Shown here: positions 16,435 to 23,732 of the stretch, one piece after another | Numbering within the stretch: position 1 is the first letter of the stretch | Layout: each line of letters begins with the position of its first letter | Assembly: GCA_905233295.1 (NCBI GenBank) | Contig: CAJODX010000008.1 | Span: 1 to 28,451, forward strand | Reading direction: 5' to 3' | DNA length: 28,451 nucleotides | Source: an uncultured Synergistales bacterium | GTDB taxonomy: Bacteria; Synergistota; Synergistia; Synergistales; Aminobacteriaceae | Program-made: the position numbers and the translations under genes | Notes under the pieces: generated by a model | The model's input: the letters and a program-made list of their open reading frames with translations, nothing else | The model's database searches: none | What the model was told of the DNA's origin: nothing

Positions 16435-17460
16435 ATGCCCAAAGAAGATAAATCTGATGCCAAAGGACTTACAGGACGAGAAAAAGTTGCGGTCTTGATG
16501 GTCGCGCTCGGGAGTGATGTTGCGCCTGAAGTTTATAAAAGGCTTGACGATTCGACGATTGAGTTAATCACGCTCGAAATAGCAAATTTAAGAAAGGTAT
16601 CGCCCGACGTAAAACTCAGCGTCCTGAAAGAAGCGCAGGAAATTTTAATGGCGCGTGAGTTTATGGCGCGCGGAGGTGTTGAATATGCAAGAGATGTTCT
16701 TGAAAAAGCTCTTGGTCCGGAGAGAGCTGCCTCGCTGCTTGCGAGAATTACGGCAAGTTTGCAGGTCAAACCGTTCGACTTTATGAGACATACAGATGCA
16801 GGTCAGATTCTCGGCTTCATTCAGAACGAACACCCGCAGACTATCGCTTTGATTCTCTCATATCTTGAACCTCAGCAGGCGGCAATGATATTGAGCGGAT
16901 TGAATCCTATTCTGCAGGCTGATGTTACAAAACGAATCGCCAACATGGACAGGATTACGCCCGAAGTTTTGAGGGAGGTTGAAAGAGTGCTTGAACGCAA
17001 ACTCAGCAGCATAATGGGTCAGGACTTCACCGTTGCCGGCGGCATTGATGCGGTTGTCGCCATTGTCAACAGCACCGACAGAGCAACAGAACGCAACATC
17101 ATGGAATATCTTGAAGAAAACGATCCCGAACTCGCCGAAGAAATTAAAAAGAGACTGTTCGTGTTCGAGGACTCAATGCGGCTTGATGACAGATCGCTCC
17201 AGCGCGTGCTGCGTGAGGTTGACATGAAAGAACTCAGCCTTGCACTCAAAGGCGCGACAGAAGACCTCAAGACGAAATATCTCAAGAACATGTCGAAACG
17301 TGCAGCGGAAATGTTACAGGAAGACATGGACTTTATGGGACCTGTGCGCGTGAAAGATGTCGAAGAGGCACAGCAGAAAGTCGTAAACATAATACGCGGC
17401 TTGGAGGAACAGGGCGAAATCGTCATTGCGTCCGGCGGAGGAGACGATATGATTGTCTAG
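16435..17460 (+). CDS. fliG: Flagellar motor switch protein FliG
   Basis: GREKVAVLMVALG, GGVEYARDVLEKALG, EHPQTIALILSY, MFxFED-like LFVFED, GPVRVKDVEEAQQKVV. ATG at 16435 follows an AAGGAG SD. Confidence 0.96.
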   Translation: MPKEDKSDAKGLTGREKVAVLMVALGSDVAPEVYKRLDDSTIELITLEIANLRKVSPDVKLSVLKEAQEILMAREFMARGGVEYARDVLEKALGPERAASLLARITASLQVKPFDFMRHTDAGQILGFIQNEHPQTIALILSYLEPQQAAMILSGLNPILQADVTKRIANMDRITPEVLREVERVLERKLSSIMGQDFTVAGGIDAVVAIVNSTDRATERNIMEYLEENDPELAEEIKKRLFVFEDSMRLDDRSLQRVLREVDMKELSLALKGATEDLKTKYLKNMSKRAAEMLQEDMDFMGPVRVKDVEEAQQKVVNIIRGLEEQGEIVIASGGGDDMIV

Positions 17461-18388
17461 TCTTGCCCATCAGCGCGTAATCCGAACAGCAAGACTTTTG
17501 CCGCAGGCTGTCAAGATTGGCGTGCTTGAAAGTGAGATTAAACAGTCCGGCACAAAACCAGCCGAACAGAAACAGAGTGCGCCGGAAAAAAAGCCCGCGC
17601 CGCGTCCGCCTGTACAAAAAGTTCAGGTGAAAATGCCTGAGCAAAATTCAAAGGAAATCGCAGAACTTACCGCTCAGATAAAAGCTTTAACGAACAGCTT
17701 AAGCAATGCTGAAGTTGCCAACGCTGAACTTACAGAGGCAAAAAATAAACTTGAAAGCGAAATCGGCGGCATTAAATCAGAATACGAAAAACGCAGAAAA
17801 ACTCTTGAATCCGAAGCTCAGTCAAACGCAAAAAAAATCGCTGATCAGGCTCGCGAAAAAGCTATGTCCGAAGGTCAGATTAAAGGCTACGAAGAAGGAC
17901 TGGCAAAAGCCCGCGCAGAAATCGAGCAGGAATATCTGAAAAAATTTTCAGCCCTTGCAGGTGTCATTGACGGTGTAGGAAAAAAACTTGACGAAAATTT
18001 TGCCGAACTCGTGAAACTTCATCAGCCTAAAATGATTCGTATGTGGACGGAAATGTTAAAACGAATGCTTCACCGTCAGGTTGAATTAAATCCGGATACA
18101 ATAGACAGCGTTTTGTCGGATTTACTGTCGAGGCTCAGTGATAAAAATCAGATTTTGATTTATGTTTCGCCCGATGATATTAAACATGTTGAGGAAGAAC
18201 TTGACGCGAAATTTCAGGAGGCTCTGCGCGGTTCAAAACGTGTTGAAGTGAAATCAGACCCGAATGTCCAGAACGGAAGCTGCATTGTAGAGACATCTCT
18301 CGGAGTTTATGACGCACGCTGGCGGACGCAAATGAATCAGATTGAAGCGGTTGTCGATGAAATTTTCCAGCAGTCTTCAAAAGGATAA
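17453..18388 (+). CDS. fliH: Flagellar assembly protein FliH
   Basis: AxxxG repeats (AREKAMSEGQIKGYEEG), C-terminal GSCIVETSLGVYDAR; lies between fliG and fliI. Confidence 0.88.
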   Translation: MSSLAHQRVIRTARLLPQAVKIGVLESEIKQSGTKPAEQKQSAPEKKPAPRPPVQKVQVKMPEQNSKEIAELTAQIKALTNSLSNAEVANAELTEAKNKLESEIGGIKSEYEKRRKTLESEAQSNAKKIADQAREKAMSEGQIKGYEEGLAKARAEIEQEYLKKFSALAGVIDGVGKKLDENFAELVKLHQPKMIRMWTEMLKRMLHRQVELNPDTIDSVLSDLLSRLSDKNQILIYVSPDDIKHVEEELDAKFQEALRGSKRVEVKSDPNVQNGSCIVETSLGVYDARWRTQMNQIEAVVDEIFQQSSKG

Positions 18389-18394
18389 CGACCA

Positions 18395-19747
18395 ATGAAC
18401 GATTTGGAAGACGTAGATTTATTTCAGTTATTTTCAGTTGATCTTCTCCAGAAACCTTTAATAAAAATTAACGGGCGGATAGTTCAGGTAGTCGGACTTG
18501 TCGCTGAGTCTCAAGGACCAGATGTCCGTGTAGGAGATTTATGCCATATATGTTTCAGAGACGGCTCGCACGAACTTGACGCTGAAGTTGTCGGCTGCCG
18601 TGATGACAGAGTTTTGTTGATGCCGCTGGGAGCTTTACAGGAAGTCGGACCTGGCTGTGATGTCGTTTCAACAAACAGACCTCTTGAAGTTCCGGTAGGC
18701 GAAGCTCTTTTAGGACGTGTTCTTGGCGGGCTTGGAAATCCCATTGACGATAAAGGACCGATAGCTGCGACAGATTTTTATCCGTTATACGCGACGCCGC
18801 CGCACCCGTTAAGAAGAAAAATGGTTGACACTCCGCTCTCTGTCGGAGTTCGGGTTGTTGACGGAATGCTGACGCTCGGCAAAGGTCAGAGAATCGGAAT
18901 TTTTGCAGGCTCAGGTGTCGGCAAAAGCACTTTGCTTGGAATGATGGCGAGATATACAACAGCTGATGTTAATGTAATTTCGTTAGTCGGTGAACGCGGA
19001 CGCGAGGTTCGTGAATTTATTGAACGTGATTTAGGACCTGAAGGACTGAAACGCTCTGTTTTAGTCATAGCGACTTCGGATCAGCCTGCGTTAATAAGAT
19101 TAAAATCCGCAATGACAGCTACGGCGATCGCCGAATATTTCCGCGATCAGGGCAAAGACGTTTTACTGATGATGGACACTGTAACGCGTGTGGCTCGTGC
19201 CCAGCGCGAAATCGGGCTTGCAATCGGCGAACCTCCTGCAACACGGGGCTACACGCCTTCAGTTTTTGAAATGCTGCCGAGATTGCTTGAGCGTGCCGGA
19301 GCTGGTGAAGTCGGAAGCATAACAGGAATTTACACAGTGCTTGTCGATGGCGATGATATGAACGAGCCTGTTGCTGATAACGTCCGCGGAATTTTGGACG
19401 GACACATAGTTTTGTCGCGAAAAATCGCCGCAAGAAATTTTTATCCTGCCGTCAGTGTTCTTGACAGTGTAAGCCGTGTCATGCCGGCGCTTGTGTCGCG
19501 TGAACATTTAGACGCTGCGGGACGTGTTCGGGATTTGCTCGCAACATATGCCGAAGCTGAAGATCTGATTAACATAGGCGCATATAAATCAGGTTCAAAT
19601 ATGCGGGTCGATTGGGCATTGGCAAACATGGAAGACGTCAGAAAATTTTTGTCGCAGAGAGTTGAAGACCCCACAGGCTTTGAAGAAACGGACAAAAGAT
19701 TATTAAATCTTGCGCCATATCCGACACAGCCGCAACAGGGAAATTAA
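18395..19747 (+). CDS. fliI: Flagellar export ATPase FliI
   Basis: GQRIGIFAGSGVGKSTLLGM (Walker A), LVGERGREVREF, GEPPATRGYTPS, VRGILDGHIVL. Confidence 0.96.
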   Translation: MNDLEDVDLFQLFSVDLLQKPLIKINGRIVQVVGLVAESQGPDVRVGDLCHICFRDGSHELDAEVVGCRDDRVLLMPLGALQEVGPGCDVVSTNRPLEVPVGEALLGRVLGGLGNPIDDKGPIAATDFYPLYATPPHPLRRKMVDTPLSVGVRVVDGMLTLGKGQRIGIFAGSGVGKSTLLGMMARYTTADVNVISLVGERGREVREFIERDLGPEGLKRSVLVIATSDQPALIRLKSAMTATAIAEYFRDQGKDVLLMMDTVTRVARAQREIGLAIGEPPATRGYTPSVFEMLPRLLERAGAGEVGSITGIYTVLVDGDDMNEPVADNVRGILDGHIVLSRKIAARNFYPAVSVLDSVSRVMPALVSREHLDAAGRVRDLLATYAEAEDLINIGAYKSGSNMRVDWALANMEDVRKFLSQRVEDPTGFEETDKRLLNLAPYPTQPQQGN

Positions 19748-19756
19748 ATTTTTATC

Positions 19757-20206
19757 ATGCAGCAGCGTATAGCAAGATTCAATCGAATATTAAAAATAAG
19801 GGAAGACAGCCGCCGCAACGAGCAGGCAATTTTAGCCGCAGAACGCAGCGAGGAGCGTGCAGTCATAAGCCACATAACAAAGCTTGAAAATGAAAAAACT
19901 CAGGCGATTCAAGACTTTGGAACGGCGGGCGAAAAAATGATTTCCGCAGCGGATTTATGGTTTCAAAGACAGTTCATTGACGCTATTAATACAGATATAA
20001 CAAAAGGCAAAGACTCATTGAATGAAGTCCGTAACAGAATTGTGAACACCGAAGCAAGACTTGTCGAAAAACATAAAGATGTTCGCGTCATGGAAACTTA
20101 TATAGAACATTTGAAAGAAATAGATTTTCAGGAACAGCTTGACATTGAACAGAATGAACTCGATGATGTCGCTACAATGCAATTTTCAAGGAAGGGAGCG
20201 TATTAA
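19757..20206 (+). CDS. fliJ: Flagellar export protein FliJ
   Basis: 149-aa coiled coil after fliI; RILKIRE...EQ; C-terminal EQNELDDVA. Confidence 0.85.
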   Translation: MQQRIARFNRILKIREDSRRNEQAILAAERSEERAVISHITKLENEKTQAIQDFGTAGEKMISAADLWFQRQFIDAINTDITKGKDSLNEVRNRIVNTEARLVEKHKDVRVMETYIEHLKEIDFQEQLDIEQNELDDVATMQFSRKGAY

Positions 20207-20208
20207 AA

Positions 20209-20775
20209 ATGATTGGACCAGACTTTACGAACATCAGCAGGGTTTTGAGCCGTATAGACGAAATCAATAGACAGTTCAATATGTACCAGCAGGACACCGC
20301 GCCTGTTAAAAGCAGATTCGTTGACGTTCTCGATGAAGTTCAGAACGGCAAAAAGAGAGTCCGTGTCAAAAATATTTCCGGAAAAACAAGTTACACGGAA
20401 CTTCAAAGCGTTATTGACGAATGTGCTGAAAAATATAACATCGACAACGAGCTTATAAGAGCAATGATTCAGGTTGAGTCGGGCTGGAACACTGACGCTG
20501 TTTCAAATAAAGGCGCACAGGGATTAATGCAGCTTATGCCGCGTACTGCAGCGATGTTAGGAGTTAAAAATCCTTTTGATCCCGAACAGAATATCGAAGG
20601 CGGAGTAAGATATATCTCGGATTTAACCGATAAATATCGCGGAGACATTGAAAAAGCTCTCGCGGCATATAACGCTGGACCTGCGCGAGTTGATTCCGGA
20701 GATATTCCTGACGTTTCAAAACGCTATGTAAAAAATATAATGGCGATTTACCGCAAATTAAGGGAGATGAGCTGA
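20209..20775 (+). CDS. Lytic transglycosylase (SLT domain)
   Basis: AMIQVESGWN (catalytic Glu), SNKGAQGLMQLMP, NIEGGVRYI, ALAAYNAGP. Confidence 0.93.
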   Translation: MIGPDFTNISRVLSRIDEINRQFNMYQQDTAPVKSRFVDVLDEVQNGKKRVRVKNISGKTSYTELQSVIDECAEKYNIDNELIRAMIQVESGWNTDAVSNKGAQGLMQLMPRTAAMLGVKNPFDPEQNIEGGVRYISDLTDKYRGDIEKALAAYNAGPARVDSGDIPDVSKRYVKNIMAIYRKLREMS

Positions 20776-20776
20776 T

Positions 20777-21487
20777 ATGGCTGAAGAAAGACCCGCACCG
20801 GCTCCGGCGGCTGAACAGAATCCTGCTCCTGCGAGCGAACCTGTTGTGCGGAAAAAGAAAAAGAAAAAAAAGCTGGGAAAATTAACTTTTTTATTTTGGC
20901 TTATCCTTCTCGGACTCGGAACGGCAACAGGAATGCACCTGAGCGGAATATGGGACGGAAGACCTTTATTCTGGACAATAATTCCGAATATTCCCTATGT
21001 TGGAAAACAGCTAGCGGATTTCTTTCATGTTCCGGAGTTTTACGCCCTGAGTGTCGGTGAACGCAGAGCCGTTGAACTTGAGCAGTGGCAGAGAAGGCTC
21101 GATGCACAGGAACGCGCTCTTCAGGACAGAGATACCGAGCAGATGGCAGTGTATGAAAGCCGTGAACTTGCACTCGTTGAACTTTCAAGAGACGTTTCAA
21201 GGCTTCAAAGACGTTTGCGTAATCAACAGGCTGAAGCCGCCGCGCAGGGTGATGCTGAAGGAGCTACGGCAGAAGAGCAGGAATTAATGAATCAGGTTGC
21301 ACGGACGTATCAGGATATGTCAGCACGAAACGCCGCCGCAATAGTTGAACAGCTCCGCGATGTCCTCGCAGTTGAGCTGATGATGAAGCTTCCAAACGAT
21401 GCAAGGGCTTCAATACTCGGAAAGTTAAAACCGACTAAAGCCGCGAGAATTACAGAATTAATGTCCCGACCTCAGCAACATAGATAA
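20777..21487 (+). CDS. MotE/YlxF-like flagellar protein (TM + coiled coil + MgtE-N-like domain)
   Basis: Poly-Lys, then a TM segment, then a coiled coil; YQDMSARNAAAIVEQL...ASILGKLKPTKAARI; located just before fliK. Confidence 0.8.
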   Translation: MAEERPAPAPAAEQNPAPASEPVVRKKKKKKKLGKLTFLFWLILLGLGTATGMHLSGIWDGRPLFWTIIPNIPYVGKQLADFFHVPEFYALSVGERRAVELEQWQRRLDAQERALQDRDTEQMAVYESRELALVELSRDVSRLQRRLRNQQAEAAAQGDAEGATAEEQELMNQVARTYQDMSARNAAAIVEQLRDVLAVELMMKLPNDARASILGKLKPTKAARITELMSRPQQHR

Positions 21488-21517
21488 AAATTAAAATTTT
21501 TACAGGAGGCATTGATC

Positions 21518-23152
21518 ATGGCGGATTTATTAACGTTCGTTGACATACAGACACAGGTATCGCCGCAGACAGTTTCACCGGCAGGCAATAATATTTCAGA
21601 AGGCGGCGCAGGCTTTTTTGATTCACTGATGAATGAAATCGCCGCTGATACAGAAATTTTGAATATTCAAATGCCTGAAATTGCAACGGAAATAACGGAT
21701 TCAAATTTAATAACGTTCAAAGGCGGAAAATTATTTTCAAATTCCGTCCTTGATATTATCACGGCGGACACGCAGGAAAACGTCGAAATAAATTTTAATG
21801 GCGAGGCTGAAAATCTTTTGGCGGCATTGAAAGATTCTTTTGCAAAAATTCAGGATGCACAGCCCGAAGTTTTTTACAGCGAGGAAGAAATCAATCTCAA
21901 TGAAGAATTTTCACAGCTTTTAAATCTCACGGACGAAGAACTCAGCGAAAAGTTAAATTCTTTGCCGGAAGATTTGAAAAACGAAATTAAAAATCTTATT
22001 GATGAAATAAATAACGCTCTCGAAAACGGCGAAGATTTTGTTTCCGTAAAGTCCGCGGTCGAAAAATTATCCGTGCTGTTCAACAGAAACGCAACGAAAA
22101 GCGAAATTTCTCCTGAAGCAAAAAATGACGGAAAAATTTTAGAAAAAGAAAAAAATACCGGCGAAAAACTGAAATCCGAAGCTGAAATCAATTCCGCAAA
22201 CGCTGCCGGAGCTGTTGCTGTAATGTCAAATGTAAATCCGGCTTCAGAAAATGTAAATTTTGAAACAAAATCACAAAATTCAAATGCGAACGATGAAACG
22301 TCAAAATTAAATTCAAAAATTTCACAGCACGTTCAGACACGCGAAATTAAAACTCAAAACGAAATTAAAGCCGGTGCTGAAACAGACTCTGTTGTGAAAT
22401 CTGACGAAGCCGCTGAAAATCCTGATGAAAAAAATCAAAATTTAACGGGCGAAAAACTTAATCTTGATGATGAATCAGAATCTGAAAAACAAAATTCAGA
22501 TTCAAATTTCGGTCAGGCACGCGAAAATTTTTCGGGTTCACATGGTCAGCAGCGTTCACGTAACGACAGCAGAAAAATCTCAAACGAAAATTCACTCGAC
22601 TATGAAGGCAGCGAAAATTCAACAGCGCACAAAACAAATCCGCACGGTAATTTTCAGAATTTTTTCGATGGAATCCTGAACAGCCGCCGGACATCTTCGA
22701 CAGCGTTATCACAGCCGTTGAACCTTCGTGAAAATTTTAATTTTAATCAGAGCGAAACTCTCAGGGACGGACTTGTCAATGTTGTGAGATTCATACGCGC
22801 TGACGGAGTTCAGAAAGCCAGCATCGTGATTGATCCTCCGGCACTCGGAAGAATTTCAGTTGAACTTACTTCAAATTCTTCTGGCGTTGAAGCTTCAATT
22901 AAAGTCGCAAGCGAGCAAATCCGACAATTAGTTCAAGACCAGTTGACCCAGCTTCGTATGAATTTGTCTGAACAAGGCGTGCAGGTCGCTGAATTTACTG
23001 TCGATATACAGCAGGACAGCAGTAACGGCGGAAATTCTCAAAACCCCGATCAGCAGAACAGACGCGAAAATTTCTTCACCGAAGCTGAGGAAGACGATGA
23101 AGAAGAATTTAGAATCGACTTAGAAGAAGGGCTATTATACTGGATAGCATAA
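21518..23152 (+). CDS. fliK: Hook-length control protein FliK
   Basis: Long low-complexity N-terminus; C-terminal ASIVIDPPALGRISVEL...LRMNLSEQGVQV; AGGAGG SD 8 nt before ATG at 21518. Confidence 0.9.
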   Translation: MADLLTFVDIQTQVSPQTVSPAGNNISEGGAGFFDSLMNEIAADTEILNIQMPEIATEITDSNLITFKGGKLFSNSVLDIITADTQENVEINFNGEAENLLAALKDSFAKIQDAQPEVFYSEEEINLNEEFSQLLNLTDEELSEKLNSLPEDLKNEIKNLIDEINNALENGEDFVSVKSAVEKLSVLFNRNATKSEISPEAKNDGKILEKEKNTGEKLKSEAEINSANAAGAVAVMSNVNPASENVNFETKSQNSNANDETSKLNSKISQHVQTREIKTQNEIKAGAETDSVVKSDEAAENPDEKNQNLTGEKLNLDDESESEKQNSDSNFGQARENFSGSHGQQRSRNDSRKISNENSLDYEGSENSTAHKTNPHGNFQNFFDGILNSRRTSSTALSQPLNLRENFNFNQSETLRDGLVNVVRFIRADGVQKASIVIDPPALGRISVELTSNSSGVEASIKVASEQIRQLVQDQLTQLRMNLSEQGVQVAEFTVDIQQDSSNGGNSQNPDQQNRRENFFTEAEEDDEEEFRIDLEEGLLYWIA

Positions 23153-23173
23153 GAAATAAAGGGGAATCGAAAA

Positions 23174-23632
23174 ATGTCGGTAACGAGTACAAACAATTAT
23201 ACTAACCTTGCGGATTTGAATGTAACAGCGGCGAGTACTGCATCGTCAGCAACCTCGACTGCCTCGGCAGTTACGACTGCAACGAATAACGAACTCGGCA
23301 AAGACGCTTTTCTGAAATTATTAATCGCCGAGCTTTCCAATCAGGATCCTACCAACCCTGTTGAAGACAGAGAGTTTATTTCTCAGATGGCAACGTTCTC
23401 AACTCTTGAACAGATGCAGAATATGAACAAAACTATGGAAGGTATTGCCGAAACAAATAAATTTTCAGCTGTGAACTACATCGGCAAGGCGGTAGCGTTC
23501 ACAAATGATGAAGGCAAACAGGTTCCGGCACTCGTCAACGCGGTCTGGTTTGAAAACGGCAAAACTATTCTTGACACCAGCGAAGGCGATGTACCGCTCG
23601 AAAAAGTTGAAGGAATTTCAGAATTAAGCTGA
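23174..23632 (+). CDS. flgD: Hook capping protein FlgD
   Basis: LGKDAFLKLLIAELSNQDPTNPVEDREFISQMATFSTLEQM. Confidence 0.95.
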   Translation: MSVTSTNNYTNLADLNVTAASTASSATSTASAVTTATNNELGKDAFLKLLIAELSNQDPTNPVEDREFISQMATFSTLEQMQNMNKTMEGIAETNKFSAVNYIGKAVAFTNDEGKQVPALVNAVWFENGKTILDTSEGDVPLEKVEGISELS

Positions 23633-23645
23633 TTTAAAATAAAAA

Positions 23646-23725
23646 TTGCTCTCACGGACGAGACAAAGGCAGGAAGCAGGAAGAACGCCCGCCGATATAA
23701 AATATTATTAGATTAAGAAAGGAAA
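23646..23725 (+). promoter_or_regulatory. Structured flgE leader with CsrA-type GGA sites
   Basis: Hairpin TTG(C)TCTC-ACGGAC-GAGACAA, tandem CAGGAAG CAGGAAG, and a fourth GGA in the SD (AAGGAAA). Confidence 0.5.
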
Positions 23726-23732
23726 ATTAAAA

